A stretch of 64,000 nucleotides of DNA from positions 1,366-65,365 of the forward strand of contig CAYWBI010000005.1 of the NCBI GenBank assembly GCA_964456445.1, given 5' to 3'. This document shows, piece after piece, positions 33,133 to 41,954 of the stretch. Position 1 is the stretch's first letter. Every line of letters starts with the position of its first letter. Below the pieces are notes generated by a model that saw only the letters and a list, made by a program, of their open reading frames with translations, was not told the DNA's origin and ran no database searches. The translations under genes were made by a program, and so were the position numbers. The stretch comes from an uncultured Calditrichaceae bacterium (GTDB lineage Bacteria > Calditrichota > Calditrichia > Calditrichales > J004).

Positions 33133-33396
33133 ATGCCAACGTATGATTATGTGTGTAAAGATTGTAACAATCAATTTGAAGTATTTCAAAAAATGACGGC
33201 CCCCCATTTAAAAACTTGTCCACACTGTGGCGGCGAAGTTGTACGAAAAATTGGTCTGGGTGCCGGGATGATTTTTAAAGGAACCGGGTTTTATGAAACC
33301 GATTATAAACCCCATGCTAAAAAAGAGAAAAAAACCGTTGAAACATCGAACGGCAATAAAAAGTCTAACACTAAAACGTCAAGCGTCGCCAGTTAA
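33133..33396 (+). CDS. FmdB-family zinc-ribbon protein
   Basis: 87 aa. MPTYDYVCKDCNNQFEV...CPHCGG, the paired CxxC zinc ribbon typical of the FmdB/CxxC_CxxC_SSSS family. Confidence 0.8.
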   Translation: MPTYDYVCKDCNNQFEVFQKMTAPHLKTCPHCGGEVVRKIGLGAGMIFKGTGFYETDYKPHAKKEKKTVETSNGNKKSNTKTSSVAS

Positions 33397-33444
33397 CGGG
33401 GGCGCTTATTTTTTTACTTTTTCACCAACTGAAAGGACAGTATT

Positions 33445-34749
33445 ATGTCTCGGTTAAAGCAAAAATTGGAGGAGAAGATTCCTGCCGCCCGTGAGCGGAT
33501 ATCCAAGCTCATCAAGAATCACGGGAATGTCAAGGTTGACGAAGTTAAAATTTCACAACTCTATGGAGGAATGCGGGGGCTGAAGTCCCTCTCAACAGAT
33601 ATCAGTTATCTGGACCCGATGGAAGGCATCCGTTTCAGGGGATATACCATCCCGGAATGTTTGGCAAAATTACCGCGTGCCGCCGATGCTGAAATTCCCT
33701 TCGTCGAAGGTCATTTTTATTTGTTGCTGACCGGGGAAATCCCCACAAAAGAGGATATAAAAGATGTAGTGGAAGAATTCCGGGCACGCAGACATGTTCC
33801 ACAATATATTTTTGATGTATTACGCGCCATGCCGCGCGACGCCCACCCAATGAGCATGTTTACAGCGGCGGTTGTTGCCCTGGAACGCGAATCGGTTTTT
33901 GTAAAACGTTATAATGCCGGTATGACAAAAATGGAATACTGGGATCCAATGTATGAGGATGCCGTAAACCTGCTGGCCAAACTGCCGGAAATTGCCGCCT
34001 ATATATATCGGATGAAATATAAAGGCGATACGCCAATTGCTTCCGATCCTGAATTGGATTTTGGCGCCAACTTTGCCCATATGATGGGTATCGCACATCC
34101 GTACGATGAAATTTCCCGTCTATATTTTATTCTGCACAGCGATCATGAAAGTGGCAATGTAAGCGCACATACTACGCACCTGGTTGCCACAGCCCTTTCC
34201 GACGCCTATTATTCGCTGGCCGCCGGGCTGGGTGGATTGGCCGGGCCGTTACATGGACTGGCAAATCAGGAGGTGTTGCGCTGGACCCAGGCTTTGATGG
34301 CCCGTATGGGCAATAAAACCCCGTCTAAGGAAGAATTGCAAAAATATGTTTGGGAAACATTAAACAGCGGCCAGGTAATCCCGGGTTATGGCCATGCGGT
34401 TTTGCGCAAAACAGACCCTCGTTACACGGCTCAAAGGGAATTTGCCCTGAAACATTTGCCGGATGATCCGTTGTTTAAGGTTGTAAGCCTGTTGTATGAC
34501 GTTGTCCCGCCCATTCTTGAGAAACAAGGTAAAGCCAAGAACCCCTGGCCCAATGTAGATGCCCACTCCGGTGTTATCCAATGGCATTATGGGGTAACTG
34601 AATATGACTTTTATACCGTAATGTTCGGGGTTGGTCGCGCCATTGGTGTTCTGAGTAATATTATCTGGGACCGTATTGTTGGCCAGGCTTTGGAACGCCC
34701 CAAATCCCTTACCACCGCAATGCTGGAAAAGATTGCCGAACAAAGTTAA
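33445..34749 (+). CDS. gltA: Citrate synthase (eukaryote-like type)
   Basis: 434 aa. Signature VIPGYGHAVLRKTDPRY plus LHSDHESGNVSAH. The pattern is closest to mitochondrial/FCB-type citrate synthases. Confidence 0.9.
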   Translation: MSRLKQKLEEKIPAARERISKLIKNHGNVKVDEVKISQLYGGMRGLKSLSTDISYLDPMEGIRFRGYTIPECLAKLPRAADAEIPFVEGHFYLLLTGEIPTKEDIKDVVEEFRARRHVPQYIFDVLRAMPRDAHPMSMFTAAVVALERESVFVKRYNAGMTKMEYWDPMYEDAVNLLAKLPEIAAYIYRMKYKGDTPIASDPELDFGANFAHMMGIAHPYDEISRLYFILHSDHESGNVSAHTTHLVATALSDAYYSLAAGLGGLAGPLHGLANQEVLRWTQALMARMGNKTPSKEELQKYVWETLNSGQVIPGYGHAVLRKTDPRYTAQREFALKHLPDDPLFKVVSLLYDVVPPILEKQGKAKNPWPNVDAHSGVIQWHYGVTEYDFYTVMFGVGRAIGVLSNIIWDRIVGQALERPKSLTTAMLEKIAEQS

Positions 34750-34767
34750 AGTATTGTATGAAAGAAC

Positions 34768-34800
34768 AAAAGGCCATGTATTTTGTACATGGCCTTTTTA
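34768..34800 (+). terminator. Intrinsic terminator after citrate synthase
   Basis: AGGCCATGTA (34771-34780), loop TTTTG, TACATGGCCT (34786-34795), then TTTTT. Perfect 10-bp stem. Confidence 0.8.
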
Positions 34801-35346
34801 GCTTTAAAGATATTCTATTGGCCTTGCCTTGAATAGAATTTTTATAGCCTGTATTGTTTTTAAATCAAGCCATCAAGCGTTTAAGGTTCAGAAGTTCGTG
34901 AGCTGAAAGTTATATGTGGTTCATCTGGGATATTTCAATGTAAAAGTTTTTAGCTCCGGGATGCTTAAAAATTTTTAATAATCGAACAATTATATAAAAT
35001 TCGGTTTTCATAAAAGGACCAGCGCCGCTTGCGATTGCTATATAAAGTACCGCCTTTCGGATTTGTATTGGTTAATAATACAAATGGTGATTTAACTGAC
35101 ACCCGGTTTGGTAAAACTTGAAAATTTAGTGGCCTTCCAATCCCGGTTCAGACAATGAGGATGCAGCACTGGGCGTAAAGTAACAGACAACATCGTGTTT
35201 GTTCTATTGATGCTACAACGGAAAAAATTCCACCGATTCATCCATGAAAAATTGGAAATAAGGACTTTTGTGTTTATAATGCCCCCCAAGGAACATTTAC
35301 ATTCAACAACGTATAAAACCCATCAACTAAAAAATAATGGTAAAAT

Positions 35347-37191
35347 ATGAATAAGCTTCATTCATTTCACATCCCTGTTATGGGCATTGGTTTCACAATT
35401 GACACCCCGTTAAAGGTTTCGGCCTATGGCATTGATTCGGTCATATCACTGGTCGATGATATTCTTATGGAAAAATTGCGCCGGATGTATTGCGCCAGGT
35501 TTAAACTCCCTTACGATGAAATTACCGATAAGATGGAAGATTTCAGGGCCAAAAGGATTACCTCGTATCTGAATTTAATAAATGATCTGGCCAGCCAAAA
35601 ATTCGAAACATTAAAAAACGCCACCATCGAAATGGGCAATGAAATAAAAGAATATTTTTCCATGTTGCCGGACGGAACTGAATTAAAACAGGAGTTCAAA
35701 TCCCTGACGGAAAAATATCTGAACATAAATGAAATAGGACAATGGGTTAAAGAAAACATCTCCATGGGAAGTATCGATGTCAATATTATGACCAAGCTGG
35801 ACAAGGAAAATTATCTGAAAAACGAAAAACTCCCCGTATATTATAATGACGCCCATGCGGCGTTGCGTGGCTATGCCAATAGTGACCTGGAATCTTCCAT
35901 TGTTTTATCCGCCGGATTAAATCCCCGTTTATATGGTTACTTTGAGCAATTTGAAGATTTCTTCCCCGATGAAAACGGTTACATAAAAAAGAAAATCGTG
36001 TTAAAGGTCAGTGATTATCGCTCGGCCTTTATCCAGGGTAAGTTCCTCGCAAAAAAAGGCCTGTGGGTATCGGAATACCGTGTTGAGTCCGGGCTTAATT
36101 GTGGCGGTCATGCCTTTGCCACAGATGGCTATTTGATGGGCCCCATCCTGGCCGAGTTCCGGGACAAGCGGGAAGAGCTGACCGGCTCCCTGCATGATAT
36201 TCTTGTTAAAGCTCTGGGGCAAAAAGGCCGTACGCTTCCGCAAAAAAAGGTTTCAATAAAGATTACCGCTCAGGGCGGGGTCGGAACAGCGGAGGAACAT
36301 CAATTTCTTATTGAACATTATAACCTGGATTCTGTGGGTTGGGGATCACCATTTTTATTGGTGCAAGAGGTCACCAATGTTGACGGTCGGACAAGAAACA
36401 AATTAGGCGAGGCAAAAGAAGATGATTTATATCTGAGCGATGTTTCGCCCCTGGGCGTTCCCTTTAACAGTATGCGCGGCAACACCAAGGATATCGTTAA
36501 GTTTGCCAAAATTGCCGAGGGCAGACCCGGGAGCCCCTGCCCCAAAAAATATCTTGTTTCAAACAAAGAATATACGGAAAAAAGCATCTGTACCGCGTCA
36601 CGCCAATACCAAAGCCGGAAATTAAAAAACCTGGAAAATGAAGGCCTGCCCCCTGCAGAGTACCATAAACAGTTTGATAAAATTGTTGATAAATCCTGTA
36701 TCTGTGTTGGCTTGGGCACCCCGGCATTATTGGTCAATAATTTGGATACCAAGGTCGAGGGCAATGGAGTGTCGGTATGCCCCGGACCCAATCTTGCTTA
36801 TTTCTCAAAAATGATGAGCCTAAAAGAAATGGTCGATCATATCTATGGCCGGGCAAATATGATCACGCGGACCGACCGGCCCAACTTGTTTGTAAAAGAA
36901 CTGAATATTTACATTGATTATCTCAAAGACAAAATCGATGAGGCTAAAACATCTTTTACAGGAAAACAGGAAAAATATTTTCTTGCCTTTTCGGAAAACC
37001 TAAAAGAGGGCATCAATTATTATAACGGATTGTTTGGCACCCTGAAGGGCTTTTTCGAAGAAACCAGAAGTACGGTTTTAGCGGATTTGGAAACCAGTAA
37101 AAAAACGCTGCACTATTTGAACTCCAAAATTAAAATTTATTCGGAACAGTGTAAGGATGCGCTAAAAAAGAGTGTACCTTCAAATTATTAA
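35347..37191 (+). CDS. Hypothetical protein, possibly a divergent NMO/PfaD-like FMN TIM-barrel oxidoreductase
   Basis: 614 aa. HIPVMGIGFTIDTPLKVSAYGIDSVISL, ESGLNCGGHAF and AQGGVGTAEEHQFL...VGWGSPFLLVQEV echo the PM..g / ESGGH / AaGGiGT...G..f...E pattern of nitronate-monooxygenase and PfaD enoyl-reductase TIM barrels. Has large insertions and a Cys-containing C-terminal extension. Low-confidence family call. Confidence 0.3.
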   Translation: MNKLHSFHIPVMGIGFTIDTPLKVSAYGIDSVISLVDDILMEKLRRMYCARFKLPYDEITDKMEDFRAKRITSYLNLINDLASQKFETLKNATIEMGNEIKEYFSMLPDGTELKQEFKSLTEKYLNINEIGQWVKENISMGSIDVNIMTKLDKENYLKNEKLPVYYNDAHAALRGYANSDLESSIVLSAGLNPRLYGYFEQFEDFFPDENGYIKKKIVLKVSDYRSAFIQGKFLAKKGLWVSEYRVESGLNCGGHAFATDGYLMGPILAEFRDKREELTGSLHDILVKALGQKGRTLPQKKVSIKITAQGGVGTAEEHQFLIEHYNLDSVGWGSPFLLVQEVTNVDGRTRNKLGEAKEDDLYLSDVSPLGVPFNSMRGNTKDIVKFAKIAEGRPGSPCPKKYLVSNKEYTEKSICTASRQYQSRKLKNLENEGLPPAEYHKQFDKIVDKSCICVGLGTPALLVNNLDTKVEGNGVSVCPGPNLAYFSKMMSLKEMVDHIYGRANMITRTDRPNLFVKELNIYIDYLKDKIDEAKTSFTGKQEKYFLAFSENLKEGINYYNGLFGTLKGFFEETRSTVLADLETSKKTLHYLNSKIKIYSEQCKDALKKSVPSNY

Positions 37192-37548
37192 TACATCTTT
37201 TATAAGAAAACTTAATATCCCGGCATCCCGCCGGGAGTTCCATATTTCCTAAAACGTAAGTCTGCTGGAAACTCCGGGAATCAGCTCCTTTTAAAATCTC
37301 AAATCAATGTCCCTTGTCCGTATATCGAACCCTATCGAAGGGTAAGTGGTGGTTCGTCAACTTCAAGGGGCAAATATTCGGAAAACCGTTGAAACGGCCC
37401 CTTCCGGAATCATTCTTAACTCTTCCCCGCAGAACTAAGGTCATGGGTTATTGATAGGATATATAATAGCAATTTTCTTGCCATCAAAGGCTGTTCAGGA
37501 TGTGGTGGGAAAAATTATTGGTAATCTATCCATTGTGGTCATAGCCTG

Positions 37549-38772
37549 CTAACCTTTGGTCTGATCGTTTTTTTGCTGACGCGTGCGCATAAAAATCATG
37601 CCCACTCGTGTCTTTGATTTTTTTAACGTTTGTACATAATCACTAAAACGAACATCCATGACCTCGCCGGTTTTTTGCGGGCTGCTTGCATGGCGGAAAA
37701 TCAGGTTGTTCCAGTGATCACGCACGATAATCCCCATATGGGCCGAAATGATCCCCGGCAGGGTGCTGACGATGGAAACGATCTCGCCGCCATTTAAACG
37801 GTCCTGTAATTTTAAAAGTGCATTGGTCGGGATATAATCCACGGTCAATGTTTCCGGCGGGCTTTTCACAAGGGCGCTGTCCGGTACATGATTTCTTTTG
37901 AAAAAAGCGTAATGATCGATCACTTTGGTCATTTTTTTACTGAGTTTCCCGCCTATTTGTTTTGTGGCATCCTCCAGCAACCAACTGTTGTTGGGCAACC
38001 AATCGGCAATGGTGAAATGGTTGCGGCTGGTATAGCGGATATCACCGTCACGGTAACGGATGTGTTGCAAATTGTTATACATTTGTTTGTAATTGTCGGA
38101 AATGGACAGAGCCAGTGTGTTTTCGCAAAAAGTCATACAATCCACATGAGAAAAATCGATGGTCGGATCGGGATCGGTTGCGGCGTTGGCGCCTTCGCCA
38201 AGGTTAAAAATAAGATAGGGCGTCCCCTTGCCCCGGGCCGAATAGAACTGGATACGCTGGTTGATATCCATAATATCCTTGTTGTTTTTCATCAACCGGG
38301 TCAGATCGTCAGCAACCATTTGGTAGGTCATTTTTTGCCTGGTCTTCTTGTATTGCAAGGCAAAGCGTAAACGCATGGTTTTGGCCATAACCCCATACAC
38401 CACATAAACCGTTTTGTTTTTTAACGCTTTGCCTGGTGCGCCGTAAACAATAATTCCATTTGTTTCACTATGAACAACATCGTGGGCAAACAAATATCCA
38501 TCATGATAACTGCCATCCGGGAGTTTTTTACCGATTAAGGCCGGAACAAATAAAACACTGCCGGGCAATATCTGTTTTGGGTCCACCGCAGCGGTACGAC
38601 AGGGTAAATTTTTATAGCCCAGGGCATTATACTTTTCCATTGGCGGCGCCATTTGGAAGGTAACCGTCCGGTTGCCACGTGCGTAGTAATCACTGTTGGT
38701 GTCGAAGGGGACCGGGTCTTGTGCGTGGACGGCAAAGACCGAAACCAAAAGAATAAAAAGCATCAGACGCAT
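37549..38772 (-). CDS. Exported protein with N-terminal 3D-like domain and C-terminal DUF1460-like domain (putative cell-wall related)
   Basis: 407 aa. Signal peptide MRLMLFILLVSVFAVHAQ. AAVDPKQILPGSVLFVPALIGKKLPDGSYHDGYLFAHD resembles 3D (MltA-type) domains. The C-terminal half (...GEIVSIVSTLPGIISAHMGIIV...) resembles the DUF1460 amidase-like family. Judged by eye. Confidence 0.4.
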   Translation of the reverse strand: MRLMLFILLVSVFAVHAQDPVPFDTNSDYYARGNRTVTFQMAPPMEKYNALGYKNLPCRTAAVDPKQILPGSVLFVPALIGKKLPDGSYHDGYLFAHDVVHSETNGIIVYGAPGKALKNKTVYVVYGVMAKTMRLRFALQYKKTRQKMTYQMVADDLTRLMKNNKDIMDINQRIQFYSARGKGTPYLIFNLGEGANAATDPDPTIDFSHVDCMTFCENTLALSISDNYKQMYNNLQHIRYRDGDIRYTSRNHFTIADWLPNNSWLLEDATKQIGGKLSKKMTKVIDHYAFFKRNHVPDSALVKSPPETLTVDYIPTNALLKLQDRLNGGEIVSIVSTLPGIISAHMGIIVRDHWNNLIFRHASSPQKTGEVMDVRFSDYVQTLKKSKTRVGMIFMRTRQQKNDQTKG

Positions 38773-38889
38773 GGAAATATCCTGTTTTTCTGAGTGATCC
38801 TGAAAATAAGATTAATTGTCGGGATACGCAAACCCGTGACCCTGATAATCCCTTGCGTTGCATAGCGAACAGTTCCTATTTTACAACCT

Positions 38890-39393
38890 ATGAAAATTCT
38901 TGATAAAATAAACGGGTGGGTCGCCCAGCTTGAAACCGGTCTGTTAGTGGCAATCGTGCTCTTTATGGTGGTCTTTGCCTTTCTGCAGGTTGCTTTACGC
39001 GGTTTATTCGATTATGGCATACTATGGGGTGATATTTTTTTACGGCATCTCGTCTTGTGGATTGGTTTTATCGGGGCCTCGCTGGCTACGAAGGAACGTA
39101 AACACATTACCATCGATTTATTTACCCGTCTTTTAAAGGGGCGCCCCCAGGCTTTTGCCCAAATGATCATCGATTTGTTTTCCGCTTTTATCGCCGGATT
39201 ACTGGTACAGGCAAGCTGGGCTTTTGTGATGGAAGAAAAGGCCTATGATACGATGCTGTTTAATAATGTTCCCGCATGGTATTTTCAAATCATCATTCCC
39301 ATCGGCTTTGGCCTTATCCTGATACGATTTTTTATTGGTGCGCTGAAAAAAGCTATCGAAGCCTTTCGGGGCATTTCGGAGGCCAAAGTATGA
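38890..39393 (+). CDS. dctQ: TRAP transporter small permease
   Basis: 167 aa, 4 TM, typical DctQ length and pattern. ATGA-type overlap with the downstream large permease. Confidence 0.8.
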   Translation: MKILDKINGWVAQLETGLLVAIVLFMVVFAFLQVALRGLFDYGILWGDIFLRHLVLWIGFIGASLATKERKHITIDLFTRLLKGRPQAFAQMIIDLFSAFIAGLLVQASWAFVMEEKAYDTMLFNNVPAWYFQIIIPIGFGLILIRFFIGALKKAIEAFRGISEAKV

Positions 39394-40670
39394 CCACTCT
39401 GGTTATCGCGGTTATCCTGATATTATTTGCTTTGTTTGGTACCCCTCTTTTTGTGATCATCTCTGCCATCGCACTGATCGCTTTTCATTTTGCCGAAATC
39501 GACTCATCGGCAATCATTATTGAACTGTACCGTTTGGCAAGCCAGCCGGTGTTACTGGCCATCCCCCTTTTTACTTTTGCCGGTTATCTGCTCTCGGAAA
39601 GTAAGACGCCACAAAGGCTGGTCAATTTTTCCAAAGCGGCCCTGGGCTGGATGCCCGGCAGTTTAGCGATAATCACCCTAATTACCTGCGCGGTGTTCAC
39701 GGCCTTTACCGGCGCTTCAGGTGTAACCATTGTGGCCCTGGGCGGTTTACTGTATCCAGCGCTTACCAAGGATAATTATCCTAAAAAATTTAGTTTGGGT
39801 ATGCTGACAGTATCAGGAAACCTCGGCTTGCTTTTCCCGCCCAGCCTGCCGATTATCCTATATGGTCTGGTTGCCGGGGTCAGTATTGACAAATTGTTTT
39901 TAGCCGGTATTTTTCCCGGAATCCTTATGGTAGCGCTTTTGGCAATTTTCAGTGTCTTCACCGTACGCACCCAGGTAAAAACACCGGTGCACCCCTTTAA
40001 TTTTAACGAACTGAAACAAGCCACACGCGATGCCATTTGGGAAATCCCCCTGCCGGTAATAATTCTTGGCGGGATATATGGCGGATTGTTCACGGCTACG
40101 GAGGCCGCGGCTGTTACCGCCTTTTATGTACTCATTGTGGAGGTTTTTATATATAAGGACATATCGCTCATGGGCGATATACCCCGTATCGTACGGGACA
40201 GTATGGTGATGGTCGGAGGCATTTTAGTGATTTTGGCCGCGGCGCTGGGCTTGGCCAATTATCTGATCGACGCCGAAATACCGATGCAAATCCTGGAAGC
40301 CATGCAGGGCTATATTACTTCGCCTTTTGCTTTTCTTGTAATGCTGAATATCTTTCTGCTGATTGTTGGCGCGATGATGGATATCTTCTCGGCCATCATG
40401 GTGGTTGCCCCGCTGATTATACCCATTGCTGTAAAATTTGGTATCGACCCGGTGCATCTCGGCGTGATATTTCTGGCCAACCTTGGGATTGGTTACTCTA
40501 CCCCACCCGTGGGGATGAACCTGTTTATTGCCTCTTTTCGCTTTAATGAACCGGTGCTAAAACTATACCGGGCCACCGTTCCTTTTCTGATCATCCTGTT
40601 GCTTAGCCTGGTTATAATAACCTATTGGCCGGATTTAAGTTTGTGGCTGGTGCGTTGGGTTGGTGTATAA
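39390..40670 (+). CDS. dctM: TRAP transporter large permease
   Basis: The start at ATG 39390 (MTTLVIAVILILFALFGTPLF...) overlaps the dctQ stop. 426 aa, polytopic, DctM-like. Confidence 0.85.
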   Translation: MTTLVIAVILILFALFGTPLFVIISAIALIAFHFAEIDSSAIIIELYRLASQPVLLAIPLFTFAGYLLSESKTPQRLVNFSKAALGWMPGSLAIITLITCAVFTAFTGASGVTIVALGGLLYPALTKDNYPKKFSLGMLTVSGNLGLLFPPSLPIILYGLVAGVSIDKLFLAGIFPGILMVALLAIFSVFTVRTQVKTPVHPFNFNELKQATRDAIWEIPLPVIILGGIYGGLFTATEAAAVTAFYVLIVEVFIYKDISLMGDIPRIVRDSMVMVGGILVILAAALGLANYLIDAEIPMQILEAMQGYITSPFAFLVMLNIFLLIVGAMMDIFSAIMVVAPLIIPIAVKFGIDPVHLGVIFLANLGIGYSTPPVGMNLFIASFRFNEPVLKLYRATVPFLIILLLSLVIITYWPDLSLWLVRWVGV

Positions 40671-40735
40671 AATATTTATTTGCGTCAGCGTACCGACTGA
40701 ATTTATATTAATTGCGTCAGTCAAGGGACGGAATT

Positions 40736-41881
40736 ATGAAGTATGTACACCGGCATATCGAAAACATCTTTATGGAAAACCTGCGGTCCGGTAGGGTAAC
40801 CATGTTACTTGGCGCACGACGGGTAGGGAAGACGGCATTCATCCGTAATTTTATTCAAGCGCATACAAACGGGGCGCTGTTATTGAATGGTGAGGATATT
40901 ACCGTACATGAAATGCTGGAACGCCGATCGGCGCAGCGCTATCGGGAATTGTTTTCCCACTATGCCCTGCTGATTATTGATGAAGCACAAAAGATACCGC
41001 ATATCGGCGCTATTCTTAAACTCATTGTTGATGAAATCCCCACTCTTAAAATTATTGTTACCGGGTCGTCCGCCTTTGATATTGCCCGCTTAACCGGGGA
41101 GCCTTTGACCGGGCGCCAAAAAGTTTTTCATTTATTCCCCTTTAGCGAAGCTGAAATTACAACGGACATTCCCCAGGATTTTTCCATAGATCGGCTTAAT
41201 GATCGACTGGTATTTGGCGGATATCCGGAGTTGCTGGATATGAATCCGGAAGACAAATCCGATTATCTGCGCGAGTTGATAAATTCTTATCTGTTAAAGG
41301 ATATCTTGGTTTTAGACTCGGTAAAAAATCCGCACAAAATGTTCCAGCTGCTTAAACTCATTGCTTTTCAGATTGGCCACGATGTTTCCCTGCAGGAACT
41401 TGGACGTCAATTATCGATGAGCAAGAATACCGTGGAACGCTACCTGGAGTTATTGTGTAAAATTTTTGTTTTATATCGTCTTGGCGGATATAGCCGGAAT
41501 ATGCGCAAGGAAGTGGTTAAAAGCAGCCGTTGGTATTTTTATGATAATGGCATAAGAAATGCGCTTATTGCAAACTTAAACACCGTTAACACGCGAAACG
41601 ATATTGGACAGCTTTGGGAAAACTATCTGGTTGGCGAACGATTAAAACGACAATCTTACGAACGCTGGCTGGTCAATAATTATTTTTGGCGGACATATGA
41701 CCGGCAGGAAATTGACTGGGTGGAAGAACGTAACGGACGCTTATCGGGATATGAGTTTAAATGGAACAGCAATAAAAAAAGCAAGGCGCCGCCCCAATGG
41801 ACCAAGGCTTACCCGGATGCATTTTTTGAGCAAATTAATCCTCAAAATTACCGATTAAATTTTTTGACAGAAAACAAATGA
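40736..41881 (+). CDS. AAA+ superfamily ATPase (AAA_14 + DUF4143-like)
   Basis: Walker A LLGARRVGKT and Walker B LLIIDEAQ. The C-terminal part (...YFYDNGIRNALI...) is typical of COG1373-type predicted ATPases. Start placed at ATG 40736. Confidence 0.75.
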   Translation: MKYVHRHIENIFMENLRSGRVTMLLGARRVGKTAFIRNFIQAHTNGALLLNGEDITVHEMLERRSAQRYRELFSHYALLIIDEAQKIPHIGAILKLIVDEIPTLKIIVTGSSAFDIARLTGEPLTGRQKVFHLFPFSEAEITTDIPQDFSIDRLNDRLVFGGYPELLDMNPEDKSDYLRELINSYLLKDILVLDSVKNPHKMFQLLKLIAFQIGHDVSLQELGRQLSMSKNTVERYLELLCKIFVLYRLGGYSRNMRKEVVKSSRWYFYDNGIRNALIANLNTVNTRNDIGQLWENYLVGERLKRQSYERWLVNNYFWRTYDRQEIDWVEERNGRLSGYEFKWNSNKKSKAPPQWTKAYPDAFFEQINPQNYRLNFLTENK

Positions 41882-41954
41882 TCCCAGGCTAAAAAAGCCG
41901 TTGCCCCTGATTTTTTGAAAAACGGTTTTTCCCTTTCTGTTCTCTGCTTTTTGT

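Noticed and set aside
36318-36791. 157-aa minus-strand ORF, plus neighbouring short ORFs at 36440..36625 and 36497..36727
   Set aside because: All are nested within the 614-aa plus-strand gene and have no recognisable motifs. The long sense frame is the more parsimonious gene.
37192-37548. tRNA, glycine-riboswitch or cobalamin-riboswitch identity for the structured spacer
   Set aside because: GGTTCG-containing segments do not fold into a T-arm/acceptor cloverleaf. CAAGGGGCAA only superficially resembles the glycine-riboswitch core. The spacer lies between two gene 3' ends, so a cis-regulatory 5' leader is unlikely. It is kept only as an unclassified ncRNA candidate.
37888-38370. 160-aa plus-strand ORF
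   Set aside because: It lies entirely antisense within the 407-aa exported-protein gene, which has a signal peptide and recognisable domains. It is a GC-rich shadow frame with no independent start context.
39276-39389. N-terminal extension of the dctM ORF overlapping dctQ
   Set aside because: ATG 39390 overlaps the dctQ stop in the usual coupled arrangement and starts the first TM helix. The extension is simply the dctQ region read in another frame.
40679-40735. Direct repeat TTGCGTCAG (twice, about 32 nt apart) upstream of the AAA ATPase gene
   Set aside because: It is only 9 nt long with two copies, so it could arise by chance. It may be a promoter or operator element, but there is no further support.
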